NCBI GenBank assembly: GCA_030704615.1
Contig: CM060734.1
Location: forward strand, 37,138,001 to 37,202,000
DNA from: Takakia lepidozioides
Taxonomy: Eukaryota; Plantae; Bryophyta
Reading direction: 5' to 3'
DNA: 64,000 nt
Below the pieces are notes generated by a model. That model made no database searches and was not told the origin of the DNA. It saw nothing but the letters and a program-made list of their open reading frames with translations. The translations under genes were made by a program, and so were the position numbers. Shown here in pieces: positions 49,012 to 61,990 of the stretch (position 1 is its first letter; each line of letters opens with the position of its first letter).

Positions 49012-51239
49012 TTAAGGCTAGCACAACCATTTCAATCTCTTGCCCAAAGGCCCCACTCGTTGTGTTGTTTGACTTTTCAATCATTAAGAGAACATTGATG
49101 ATTGAAACTGTCAAACTTTGCCTCCTTCCCTGTTGCAGGGGTCCCCCCCCCCACCCCCCGGCGCATCTCCATCAGCCCTTCTCCTTGTACAGCGAGTTTA
49201 ATTTCGTAGCTTCAATTCAAAGTCTCTTGAGACTAATGCCCCGCTGTGAAAATCAGCGTAGTGTTTAGTGAAATTAGAGGATGGGGCTAAGAGTGTATCA
49301 TTGGGGTGGTTATTTAAGTGCCATGACTGGCCGCCACTCTCCCTCCCATGTGAGAGGTGTCAATTCTTTCATACAGTTGACTACATTTCAAAAATGGGTA
49401 CCACAAGACTGGTGGTATACCCCATACCTGAATTTTCTCAGAGTACAATTGCGTCCAATGTTTGTTGTGTGTGTCCAGCATTCAGCTCTCTCATCTGGAG
49501 CTCAAGTCGCGGTCGTCTTTAATAACAAAACATACGTACTGGATTGGCGGTACCCTCAACCTCTTCCCCAAGGTTATTCTTCCTTGGCCTCTTTCTGGGC
49601 CTCTGGTTTAGTTTACTTATTAAAAATTGTTATTTTCAAAAAATACAAAAAACCAAATCACAGGATGGTGATAATTCAGCCACTGAATTCATTGTGTTAG
49701 AATTTCATGGGTCTATGTTTCCTGCGCGACGCGTTGAAGGAAAACACATCGATTTCTGTCACCTCAAGAAACTTGAATGTACAAGGCGACGGTTTGCAAA
49801 TCAACTTGTGAGACCATTCAAAAGGCTCCTCTAATGTAGGCTATCATCGTTGTGGAGCCCCCATGAGTAATATTGATGAGGATTGGTTTCTCATCACACC
49901 GCAGCCCTATGTGGAGCTCCTGATCAGATTACATTGTTCTTCGTTTTGTAGATTCAAAAATTTATTTTTTATTAGCATTAAAAAAATGAAAAGTACAATT
50001 TTTGGCGAACCAAAAAATTTGGGCTGATTTTGGTACCCTGTTGCACTAAATCAGTGCAACTAACTACAACCGACAATGGAAATAAAAACATTATAATGTT
50101 TTTGTGAACCTGGAATTTGAGTTCCTACACAAAACTCTTGAATTGAGTAAAGATGGGGAAACTGGGGCGCGGTGTGAGCGAAAGGAGCTCCGCAAAGTGC
50201 GGTGAGAGAGCCAACGGTCTCTTCATCTCTCTCACAACCTGGCCTGATTTGGGTTCTCCAAGTCCCATGGATATTAATGCTTAAGGCAATCTGACGCAAT
50301 TCATGCCTGCTTAACCTGAGACTCCATTTATCCTGGTTTTTCCCTTCCATCCCAAACCCCTTCCACCCCCATCCTCTACTGCAACAATGAGTTTTCATTC
50401 CCTTCATCTTGGTTGGGTTCCATCATGCCAAGCTAATGTTGAGCATTGTCATTATCCTTTACAACTCTCTTAGAGCATCTCCACGGTGCCATGGTACCTG
50501 CCCAAAAACGGCAATCTGGCGTGGCGGGGTCCCCAAAAGCTGCGCGGGTTGCTCCACCATTGCCTCAGCCCGGTAGAATTGCTGTAGGCCCCGCCACAAA
50601 TCTGCCTCCCGCACGGCACTTTTGCCAAGCATACAGGGACCCCGCCAACCACTGTACATTACATTTGCACGTACAAGCCAACCCAACCATCAATTGCGCC
50701 CTCTGTAGATCGCCATTTCAATGCTCCAAGATTGTGATAGCACTTCCTACCAAGTTGTGATTGGGGTGTTTGTCGGGTCTGCTACTATCCCAACTGTGGA
50801 GTGCCAACTGAACCGTCCTTGTAAGAGATACCGTCACCCCTGTAACCAGGCTCTATAACGTTTGACGGGCCCTACTCACCGTGGAGAGCATCTCCAGTGG
50901 TCACGGCATGCCGCGCTGCAACGGCAAGCTGCAGATGTCGTCGCTGAAGTTGCTCGAAGCTGCACCCCAACGGTCACCCTTGCTGCGAAGGTTTGTTATG
51001 TGGATTGTTACTGTGAGAGGGTCTGAACGGGTTGGGAGGTGAGACTCATAAAGTGCATTGGGGTGAGAAACCGGTATGGGGATCGATGAGCTCTGAGATA
51101 TTTTGGGTAGAACGCCATAGTTTGGTCTTGTTGAAAAAGTATTTTGTGAGTCTTCTCTCCCTTTGTTGACCAATTTATTCCTACTTAAAGCTGAAGTTTT
51201 TTATCGTTCAGGTTTTGTAGCTCATCCATGTTCTATCTA

Positions 51240-52290
51240 GAAGTAGGTTTGGTAAGTGGCATTGTCACAGCGGAAGGATTCTAGTCTGGCTTGGTAGACC
51301 GAGAGACAAATCGTGAGCGCATTGATCTTTTTTTCCATTGCCAACACAAGCTCTTTGCTCATTTTTGGGCTTACGATATTTATTGCCTTGAGTTTAGATA
51401 GAAATCTGTCAGTTGGGTTTTGTCTTGAAGCCAAGTTTGAAGGATTGAAGTTTCAGGAGAGAGGAGTTGAGCTTGTAGAGGCCGCGGCCTCTGGTTTGAA
51501 GGTGAGCCGGGATAGCGATAAATTTCCACCGCGTGATCAAAGCCTTGAGTTATTACCGTATTATTGGGTGTCTCTGCAGGTTGTCCATTGAATGATGTTC
51601 AGAGATGTATAAACCCTGTCGAGATGTGTCATCTGAAGGTTGTTTAAGGTCTATGTTGTTGGTCTACTAAAAGAGGAAGGGGGTGGGGGGGTGTGGAGGG
51701 GGGAGGTGGACAACTTCTACCAAGACATTGTGATTTTGAATCAAGGTTAGTCATATTTGGTTAATTTCTTCCGGGTTAATGTAAGTAATTGCCAAGGCTT
51801 CTATGGTCATCCAAGGATTCAACCATGTTGAAGTTCCCAGCTACAACCTAGGAGTCCACTTGATTTTCCTCACACATTTTGCTATCTAGTGCTGACCAAA
51901 ATTCACTTCTTTCAGCTAGGGTGTTTGGAGCATAAATGTTAATAATTCCCAAGAAGGTTAAGGACACAAAGTTGGGCCCTACCTGGCACCCAAGATGTTT
52001 CTTTAGACATAAGAGGATGGAGGGAGGGGGGACAGAATAATGGAAGTGCCGCCCCTTGTGCCAATGGAAGTAGGCTTGCAAAGTGCATGTTGCATTGGCC
52101 AAAGATGGTTTGTCAGTTGCTCTATCTTGGATTGATTCAGCTTGTGTTCCTGCAAGAGGGTCAGAAAATCCTGATTGAAGTCGAAAGGAGCCAACAGGTG
52201 AGCCGAAGCTTGATTCTCTTAATAGAGGATAGGTCCGACCCCAACCCTCTCATATTCCAAGATGCTATCTTAATCAACATATGGGGGGAA
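51240..52290 (-). mobile_element. L1-type LINE ORF2 remnant (APE endonuclease and linker), disrupted
   Basis: KIASWNMRGLG, LLQEHKL, IINIYAPN..ERSEFW, GNFNMV, LDRVY, FDH and YKLNSSLL occur in the expected order across frames. Confidence 0.85.
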
Positions 52291-52929
52291 ATATGAGTTG
52301 AGCTCCCATTTGATGGCTTAGTAATAGTGTAAGTAAATTTGGCCCGAAGGTCGTCCAGGAGCGGGGAGTTGATCCAAAGATAACCCCTCGGAGGTTTGGA
52401 AGTCTTTCTCTTGACCTCAATCATAACCAAGGTGGTAGGACGTTGGTGGGACGGTTGGTATGGGTGTGTTGAGTTTCAGTTGTTTGTGTTTAGTGTAGTT
52501 GTAGAAATAACGCGAAGGCTAATTTTGTTTCTTGAAAAATCTAAAGAAAAGATATGTGTCGCGCACCTCACTTTGATAAACTCCACTTCAAGCCATAGTT
52601 ACTCACTTTGGTACGCACGCCTAACTCCCAAACTAGCCACCGGGCCAACTTAGAGCTTCGGCTGCTCACCAAGGCATAATGGTCTCCCCTCACGTGACCC
52701 CCAACCACTCGGGCACGGTGAAAATTCTTATTGGTTGAAGGCAATCCAAACTAGCTTCCCACATTAGTTGCTTTTCCGCTCGCTCACTTGCTTCACTAGC
52801 TTTTGGTAACGGGCTTGCACCGTTATCGGGGTTATTACTCCATATGTATATTTTTGTAGCCCATCCTCTCACTATATGATTACCATATCTCTAAATGACA
52901 ACCCCTGGACTATAGAAACCGCCACACGG

Positions 52930-53015
52930 CGAGGCGCTATAGCTTTTACCAAGCTGAGCGAGGGCAAATCCCCGGGCATAGACCTTATTCCAGTGGAAAT
53001 ATTCTACAAAGCAAG
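52930..53015 (+). mobile_element. Short LINE ORF2 (pre-RT) fragment
   Basis: KLSEGKSPGIDLIPVEIFYK resembles the GKSPGPDG.P.EFYK motif. Confidence 0.55.
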
Positions 53016-54138
53016 ACTACTTTGTGTATGTTGCTCCTCTGGCATTATGGAGTCATTAGAACATTGTCTAATGGCCAACTTCCATGTATCGGCAGTCGGC
53101 CAAGTTGGCATTAGATGACAAAAATGTCGACTTGCTTCCATCCGTTAATTTTAGCCGGCGCCCAGATATCGGTTACCGGTGAGTGCAATACCTGGGAATT
53201 TGGCACCACAGTTCATGGCCGATATCGATAATCGTTTTTCACTTCCCACGGAACTCACTCTTTGCCAAGTGACCAGCTCAATTGGTCAGCGCCTGCAGAC
53301 CTATTGCCCCATTACTTTTGAACCCTATGCATATAAAAGCAACCATCCATGCCACCAGTCGGCCATGCTCCACCGACGTCGGCAACCCGATCCACTGCTG
53401 CTGAAGGCTTCTCAGCTCGCATAACAGCTTTGGCCGGTTGGGACTTGGTCACTGGGAATCTTCCGCAGCTTTGGTTGAATTTTCTTACTCAACCACAATA
53501 ACGAATTTATCCTACATGGTTGGGTTTTTTAAAGAACTCAGAACACTTTTTTATCTTCACAACTTCCTCCCTTCGAGGTAAGGTCCAAGGTTTATGTTTT
53601 AAAGTGGACAACCAAAGTTTCTTGCTCTCCCTGAGATTTGAATGTTAACCAACAGATATGCAGCTCTATCCAATTACGGTTTTTTGATGTCTCAGGGAAC
53701 ATGAACCCCTCACCCCCTTTGGAGTTGCAACATTACTCTGGTAACTTCGTCTCGTTTCTTTCCGCTCATACTGTTAAGATGGGTTACAATCTACTCATGC
53801 CCGTTCAAAGCTGGATCGAAAATGGACTATCAAATGGACCTTGCTCTCTGGCCATCCCATCTCTTGGAAATCAGTTTGGGCAGATTTAATATTTTTAGTA
53901 AAAAGTTCCACCTCAAATATGCTAAAATTGTTTTATTAGAAATTTTAGTATTTAATTCTGAAAAATAGAGAATTATTTTTTATTTATAATAATTAGATAT
54001 TTTTGAATTTTTTCCATATATCACTTGGCACCTCTAGATTATGGGTTTTTACACCTTTTCAGTAATGATGATATCCCAAAAGCCTCTAAATGACAGTAGG
54101 GAAAATAAGCCGTTTGGGCCCAGTGTTTAGTATAAATT

Positions 54139-54328
54139 AGTCCATACCTCTCATTCCTTGATGTTTTTAGTCCATATAAAAGTACATTTGGGTAGCTTTC
54201 AAAAATTGCATCCCTACTGTGTTTTCTTTTTTGCTATTACTCAGGTGTATATGATGTTTTTTTTAGTCCATATGGTTTTTCATGTGTAACACTGCAGTCC
54301 ATAAGATTCAACTTTAAGAGTCCATAGC
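54139..54328 (+). repeat. Cluster of five AGTCCATA motifs (candidate transposon subterminal repeats)
   Basis: Copies at 54139, 54169, 54265, 54296 and 54319; reverse-complement copies at 61040 and 61214. Confidence 0.6.
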
Positions 54329-54499
54329 TCTTTCATAGATGATCTTTTTTACAATAAAAAAATTGGAGTACGTCTCTACTGTAGTTATAAATCTTAAACC
54401 GTATAAACTTGTATGAAATATCGAGTTGTGATTTTACTATAAAAGGTACCATGAATGGAGGTCACTGCAGAAACTGCCATATTACGCAGTTTTTGGTCC

Positions 54500-55445
54500 A
54501 CCGTAGCCTGCAACACCCCTTTCTTTGGAAGCTTGTCAACAAATTTTTGCCAGTGGGAGCCTTGTTTATTGAGTCTCATTTCCTTGTTCTACTTGTAATT
54601 CTCAGGCGCTGGAATCCATTGATCATTGCTTTGTGGATTGCCCCTTCGCTGCTGCGGCTTGGAACCATGTTGTCTCTTTGTACTCTAGCGCTCAAATACT
54701 GAATGTTGTTTCTCTACTTGTGTCTTGCTGCTGAACATTAAAGACAAGGCTATTTGGTGTTCCTTCCCTGTTTGGGATTCCCTAAGAGGCCTGATGCTTT
54801 GGCACATTTGGGAAAATGAGATGTGCACTTGTTTTCCATAATGATAGGCCTTGCATGTATAGATTGCTCTTCAGGGTTCACTCAGATATGTTATCTGAGG
54901 CTCGTAAAGCGTGGTCTGTGCTGTCCACAGCTCTTCCTAGATGCGGTTCTCGAAGGCAAGCCGAGTCGCTCTCGGCCTTCGATGGCTCTTGGGAAAAAAG
55001 AGGGGTTTTTTGCAGGAGGGTTAACGATTCCAGAGTCGAATGTAAGGACCCCCTCCCTGCATGCTGGGCACTCCCTTAGTGCCCGACAATCCTCCCTGAA
55101 GACAGATGAAGCTGAAATCAACTGGCGCCACTGCCGTAGTTTCAGAAAAGGAAAAGCTAGTCTAAGAGCTCAACTTTACTTCAAGCATTCTAAGAGTCCA
55201 AAAGAGATAGCCTACTATCCTTCATAGCTTCTTGATATCCCCTTCTCTCTATTCTCTCTCCATTCTCTATAATCTTCTTTTGTCTAGATTCTCATCATTG
55301 TAGTTCAAGTGACGCCTTCTTCTCTTCGTTCGGAGCAGTGTCTCATTTATCAGCCTCTATGGCTTTTGTAAGGTTATTTTTTCCTTAGGTCTTATCAATA
55401 AATTTCACAGGGCTACCTCCCTTTTCTGTTTTTTTTTTTTTTTAA
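54500..55445 (+). mobile_element. L1-type LINE 3' fragment (zf-RVT region and 3' UTR)
   Basis: FLWKLVNKFLPVG, CSTCNSQALESIDHCFVDCPFAAAAW, LWHIW.MRC.LVF; AATAAA at 55398. Confidence 0.8.
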
Positions 55446-55717
55446 TCCGTCACAGCTATGGTTCACTATTGTTTAACTCATCTTCGCTACCCTGCAGGAG
55501 GCTCTACCTCCTTCCTTCACCTCCTCATTCGCCACATACGGCTCCCCCTCCATGTCCCATGCTATCATTCTGCTCACTTCAGGGTCTACTGTCTTCAGTT
55601 ACTGACTATTCTGGTCGCTCCGGCCATGGCTAGGTATCTAGTTTGCTCTAGGTCATATAGTTTCCTTTCTCATGAGAATATTGTTCGAGTTATCCAGCAC
55701 GGTCCACCGTGAGCACA

Positions 55718-56535
55718 TGCCTTATGGCGGCCTTCGGGCACACAAGGGTTTTAATTTTTTTCCCTTCAATAATCCGAACAAGGTTACAAAGGGCTTTCTC
55801 CCATTTTTCCTAGAAAAAAGCAAAAAAAAGAAAAACATGGTGAATTAAGGTAGCTATTGGTGTATTGATTCAAAATAATACTTTGTTGCTAGAAATAGAA
55901 AATCAAAGGTGGGACTCAACTTTTGTAGCTCAATTGGTTGCGACCGATATTGGGTTCAAATCCTGTTATCCGGTTGTGTGTGGTATTATATGCTCTGTGG
56001 CCCAGATACTTTTCCATGGATTTGTAAGCAGTCTCTCCCAAGTGTTTCCCTCTAAGAAAATGAGAAAAAACATGTGGAGGAAATAATATGAAACCATGAG
56101 AGTGACTAACCAAAATATCCACTGGAATGATCGGTTTTGTCTAACAGTTTGATCGGATCGTGTGTTCTTTGATTCCTGCTCTGTAACACTTTCTCGGAAG
56201 AAGCTTTTCCAGCGGCTAGAAGGAGGAAAAGAGCCAAGGAGAAAGACAAGCACTAAATTGGCGATGGGCCGGCTCCATGTGGGGTCCCGCCGCGCGGGTA
56301 CCCTGCTTGGAAATTATTTTGCCTTGTTGGGCGACAAACACTGGTCACCTTCCAATTTTAATGTAAAAATTGGTGAAAAGCTAGGATGCAGTATTATATT
56401 TTTGCACAAACTAAATGGGGATTGTTTTTTTTTTTGGGGGGGGGAAGGGAGGAAGCCCTTGAGAGCTTTACTAAAATTATGAAGGGGAAAAAAAATAAAA
56501 CCCTTACATGCCCGAAGGCTGTCGCCTATGAGGCC
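55718..56535. mobile_element. Non-autonomous TIR element (MITE-like, about 820 bp) with ~90-bp imperfect TIRs
   Basis: 55718-55803 (gccttatggcggccttcgggcacacaagggttttaatttttttcccttc..aagggctttctccc) is an imperfect reverse complement of 56442-56535; flanks tgagcaca and taaacaca form a degenerate 8-bp TSD. Confidence 0.7.
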
Positions 56536-57508
56536 TAAACACACGAAGGACACTGTCGGAGATATCAGTAGAGAAGAAACCAAGAGACTATAATCCCGTG
56601 TAGATACTAGATACGCGTAAGCAGTATGTATTTAATATTCAAATTAAAAAATTCTTATACAAGCATCGATAAATATCTTGTGGGACAAACTGGGATATTT
56701 AGTACTTTTTCTGCAAAGGGATTTTTTTTAAATTTTTAAATTTCTAGGGAAACACCAGCCCCGACAAAGCTCTCAGTTTTGAATAATTGGGTCGTGTGGG
56801 CCAGGCAGGGCACGGATGTACAAACGCGGGGTCGCCCCCGCCTCCCCCCATGACTACCCAACGGGTTTGCTCGGGACTTAGAAAAAATTCCAGGAAAACT
56901 CGCCCATTAAAAAGACCGTCATTAATGCAACGCTATCCAGAGTTGAACCCGCAACCTCAAAAATATTAATCTACCACCACACTACCCACTATTTGCTATT
57001 TTTTTATCTTTTAACCTAGAAAACAACCGCAGTCAGCCCCAACGTGGCCTAGGAGGGTGGACCCACCTTCATGTCAAGTCCTGCAGACCCTATCTTGCGA
57101 CAGACCCTCGCAGCATACCCTTACCTCGCGGACTAAATTCAGCAACAATGCATCCACGAGATGTTAATTCAGACACTCCATTTACCATCTGGAAGTCCCA
57201 ATGCAGCCATGGTTGGCCTAATCTGAGTTGACGTCAAGATACTAACTCTATTTGGTAGACGTAACAAAGTGGATTAAGATATGTTAGTTTTCAGGTAGCT
57301 GTGCACATGTGTCCGAAGGTAATAATGCTAGGAACTGAACATTGTGTGTATAAATCTCTTCGGAATCGGGAACTAAAAAACTTAAGGCTTGGATTGGGGA
57401 TATGAGAGATGAATGATGTCGGTCTGTATAGTTGAAAGCTGGTCTATATTACACAAGGTATCGCGTGTATATTTGGATCGATCAGCTCCTTGAGAACTCT
57501 AATGTCTC

Positions 57509-57513
<5 letters not shown>

Positions 57514-57540
<27 letters not shown>
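57514..57540 (+). repeat. (GA)n microsatellite
   Basis: agagagagagagagagagagagagaga. Confidence 0.95.
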
Positions 57541-59019
57541 TCTATGAAGTTGAACGACACAAGCTCCAAGGGAGAGGGAGTCAAAGGAGAGAATGGAATT
57601 AGACATTGGTGCAAAGACCGTGCAGGCGCTTGTTGTCCTTTTTGCAATTCCTTTTGGGTGCAAACTGCAAAGAATCATAATGTGCACAAAAGCTTCAAAC
57701 TTCACCATGCCAAACAACTTTCGCTCATATTCACACATTGATCAACAAACTACTGCTAAAAATGTGCATTCAGGTCCTTACAACGTCTGTATGCGCCGTT
57801 GTCGTTGTCCAGTTTATAGCACGCCCGGTTTTGATCTCTGGATGTCGGTAACTTTTAATCTTTTCTTCTTTTTGGAAAAGGTGACCCAAGTCAGTGCTGC
57901 ACTTTTTACCCTTTGTCCCTTTCCCTTAGAAATACTACGGGGCAATAGCCTTTATACTTTATACCACCCCTGACCTTTTTTCCCAATGCAGCTAACACTA
58001 AGTGACTAAAGCACATTATTTTTTTTCTGGAATCTTTTTTATAACATCTCATGACTCAAAACAACGTTTTGAAAATATTACATTGATTTCCCCATTGGCC
58101 CAATTGTAGGCCCGGCCTCTCATTGTAGATTAATAGCTTGTTGAATGCATCCTGGGGCCATACATGGTGGGGCCATGAAAAGGAGAGGGTCACCCCACCA
58201 GGCCCATGGGTTTTCAGCATGAAGGGTCTCCTCATGCCCCACCGCGCAAGAGGGGCCTAGGGCCTCTCCTTATGCCACCTATCCCAAGGTGTAGTAGTAC
58301 GCTATTCCAAGGTCCAAATGTAGAATAAAGTAACGTAAAGAACTGCCCCAGAATTGCGTTGTATATATTTAGGCGCCTTACATGGCGCAATCTCCATTCT
58401 GACAAACTGTGATCTTACGTTTCCGTCTGCGGCAAAACAGGAATGGTCTTACGAATTTGTACAGCCACAGTTCAATTTTTTATTTTTTTTAATTGAATTC
58501 TCGGTTTTGTACGCAGGAGAAGGGCCCACGTGTCGAGCCTTCCGCCATTTTCGGGACTTAGGCCTCGGGCTACCGCCCTTGTCTACGGCCCTCACATGGC
58601 GGAAGGTCCTCCACTCAGGCCCTTCTCCTATACAAAAGTTTGATGGGTGGAAAGAAAGTGGCAGGTATCATAGTGGTTAGGTGCAATCCATGTAAGTAAG
58701 GTGGCCCATGATTCAAATCTTACAACTAAAATTTCTTGAAGTTGGAAAAACTCATAAATTCTCAAAAAAAAAATCGAAGTCTTGGATAAGGTAGTGTATC
58801 GTTTCTAGGTCTGCCATGATAAGTAGTGGAAGATCCTAGGGTGTAGACGTGGGCCATGGTGGGGTGGTCCTTTGTTTGGACGTGGCGACCTCATGCCTTT
58901 AGGACGCTATTAATCTAAAATGAGAGGCGTTGTCGGGGTGCCTCTCATTTTTGAATAATTGGGTCTTTAAGTCTCATGTGTGGGACAGGCAGCGGCCCCA
59001 GGCACGGACGAGGGGTGGA

Positions 59020-59575
59020 TTCGGGTGGCCCTGCCGCACCGGCTGCCTCCCCACATCCTTCACTCGGAAGAGCATGTGGGACAAGTTGGTGGCAATGAAG
59101 GCAGTCTCCGTGACCTTGCAATGCCTGAGGGGCTTGCCGCCGAAATGACTATGAAATTGCAAATTCCAGTGCAAGGAGCATTTGAATTTACGTGTTTATG
59201 TCCGCCGTAGCAGCCTTGAGAAGACTGCGATCCGCCGTACCCGCCACCTTCAGCACAACACACTCCCACGGCATAATGCCAACTAGTTCGTCGGGGTGTA
59301 CTTGGGCTATGTGCTCTATCCATGCGGCAAGCCGATGGTTCCCGTCCCATACGAAGAACTTTTTTCCGGACAAGTGATGGAAAAGAGGATCATTAACAAT
59401 CAATTTCTCGAACTCACCGTTTCGGGTTTGCCAATGGGGGCCCCACTTTGCGAAATCGTCGGAAGTGTATACACAAGAAGCTCCGTGATCGTTCTCAATG
59501 GAGACATAAAAAGAGGGGGGATTGAAAATGCATGAGCGGTGAGCATGAGCGGAGTATTCCGAACCTTGCCCGAAC
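59020..59575 (-). pseudogene. Fragment encoding a ParB/Srx-like domain (WDGNHRL), probably transposon cargo
   Basis: FYVSIEND...WGPHW...FEKLIVNDP...GKKFFVWDGNHRLAAW, continuing after a likely intron into VTETAFIATNLSHMLFRVKDVG; no full-length gene is visible. Confidence 0.6.
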
Positions 59576-60356
59576 CTACACAAAACCAGAATTATAGAAC
59601 CAAAAACGCAGGTCCCGACATCCCCGCGCACCGACTTCCCATACATAACATGGACAATTTGGTTTTGTAAAAGCGCACGGAAATTGGGGTTTCAACGCCT
59701 ATAGCCGTGCCCCGAGTTTTGCCGTTATAGTCGGCACCGACTACAACACAGCAGGCCAATGTGGGGTAAAACGCCCCGTGCAAAGCTTGCGGGTGTTGTA
59801 ATCGCCAACGACTATAGAAAGCATACGAAATTAGGAGGGTAATCATCGTCGAATTAATTCAAATACAATGTGGCAAATAAAACTTGGTTACTATTAGAGA
59901 CGACACCGAGTAGGTGACACGCGTTGGGTGAACGAATTGAAGAAGCATATGAGGAATGTAGATGAGCGAAGGTACTGCGTTCCAGGCTCAAAGTATAGTC
60001 GGTGCCGACTTCATGCACTTAAGTTAAATGAGGCAACTGAGTGGAGTCTCTGTTTAAAAGTCCATAGAGCGCATTGCCTACCCATGGCTGTTGGTTTTGG
60101 AGGAGATCAGAAAGCACTCAAAGAACGAGTTTGGGTTGCTTTGGCCATTGCACCATCATGTCAAGATCATGGAAGTTGTTGAAGCATCGTAGAAGAGAAA
60201 ATTGTAATCCGCAATATTGAAATCCGGGCACATCATTGGATGATACCAAACAGTTTACGTGGCATAGAAAAGCCTAGTGTCTACTCAGTGATAATTGGGG
60301 CCTCATTAAGTACTAAATGTGATGACACCAAGGTCGGCCACGATAGACAGCCGTCA

Positions 60357-60740
60357 CTATGGTAACGAAGGACAAGGGTGGCGAACTAACATTGCCTTCA
60401 CCTCAATTATGGAGAGATTAGGGTGGTTGATGTCCTCCGAGTCTTCCCGCATTTTCAATCGGCGCAACAAAATATAGTATATGTGCTTGCAGTGGGTGTA
60501 TGCGGATTTAGCCCTCTTCATTTTTCCAAAGTCAGGGCAAGTGCATTCCGGACTTCTAGAGATGCACACATTGTAGACCTCCCCTGCTTTGGCCGATCCC
60601 GGTGTGCAAAGTGTGTACACACGACCAATTCCAGGACGGGGAACATCTTTGAACGATTGTACAATTGCCTGCAAAGATTGTCCGAGCTCCATCTTTTTAC
60701 GGGCTTGTGCACTCAATGGCTTTCGTCGATATATTTTACC
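60357..60740 (-). pseudogene. SWIM zinc-finger protein fragment (transposon-associated)
   Basis: EVYNVCISRSPECTCPDF...THCKHIYYIL fits SWIM CxCxnCxH preceded by a beta-hairpin; no ATG start, and an upstream in-frame stop. Confidence 0.75.
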
Positions 60741-61619
60741 TCATCTCTTGGTTGCATATGTGTCTGGATCTAGGTGATTGGTATCCTCCGCAACAGTGTC
60801 CCCCTCTCCCTCCAGAGACTCTACCCATCGACTCGCCCTGATGGTCTCGATAGCCAGTTCCTGTCAGACTACACTGGCTCAGTTTGGACTCCAATTTCGA
60901 CTGACTGCTTGTCATATTATACTTCACCCTATACACATAAGTATATATTCATAGCAAATGGACATAGAATGGGTTAGCCACTTGCCATATATACATGTGG
61001 GTACAATTATTTTGGAATTTGGATGAAATCTCATGAAGCTATGGACTTTTGCAGGGAATATGGATTGTCACAGTCCCTCTATTGTCCCAAATGCCATCTG
61101 AAAAACCTATTTGTGCAAACCAATTCATTGTATGGAATTTACAACTAGATACACAATGTTTGAATAGACACAAATATAAATTTGTGAACAATTCCATCCA
61201 TCCATCAAGAGACTATGGACTTTTTTATACCAAAAAATTAACCCCCAAAATGACGATTTGTCCATAGCATTTTGAAAAATTCATATTTCGGTGGAGATCT
61301 TTGCTAAGAATATATTATTGTTATTTTCTATTGTTATATGGATAAATTTCATAAACTACAAGATAATAATAAATAAATATTATTTAAAAAAGAAAAATAT
61401 TTTAAAAATATACAATAAAAATATCTCAAATATTTGGGATGAGACCATTTATTAAATATGATTAATATACCATTACCTATGAAGATAAAAATATATTTGA
61501 ACAAATATATTTCATTAAAATTTAATTAATTTTTTCTCATGGACTTTCAGTGGAGGGCACATATGCCGCTTTTGACCCAGTGTAGTCTGCACTTACCCTC
61601 CAGCTCTCTTTGGCCCGCT

Positions 61620-61990
61620 TCTCTTCGATGGATTGTGAGCAAGGAGATACAAATAACCTGAACTCCAAGGTTGGCTCGAAGGCATGGCAGACCATCTGGC
61701 ATGCTTGGTGTAAAGTACGCCCCTTACTCTCTCAAACTAGTCCCTCTTGCTTTGATTAGGTTCTAAGACAGCCGCTTTTTTGGGGACCATAACAGAGATG
61801 TTGATTATTTCATTCATTGTGGCAAACAATGGGCGCAGTGGGAGGCAGCAGGCCTCTCTAATCTTCTGTTTGGGACGAACCCTCTGGGTCGCTAACTTGG
61901 CGGATTTGGCCGAGACATGGAAGTTGGCCCTAAGTGCGTTGTACTCATGCCCCCGCCAATATTTTATTTACACTCCAAATATTAGTCACA
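61620..61990 (+). mobile_element. LINE ORF2 C-terminal fragment, degraded
   Basis: WQTIWHAWCKVRPLL...LRQPLFWGP resembles post-RT segments of plant L1-type elements. Confidence 0.45.

Larger units (their letters stand above)
58948..61582 (-). mobile_element. Remnant DNA transposon carrying SWIM and ParB-like fragments, with an AT-rich subterminus and a CACTG-type end
   Basis: The end ..GCCGCTTTTGACCCAGTG (61565-61582) recurs as ..GCCGTTTGGGCCCAGTG (54109-54125); LINE-like sequence follows shortly after 61582; left boundary uncertain. Confidence 0.45.
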
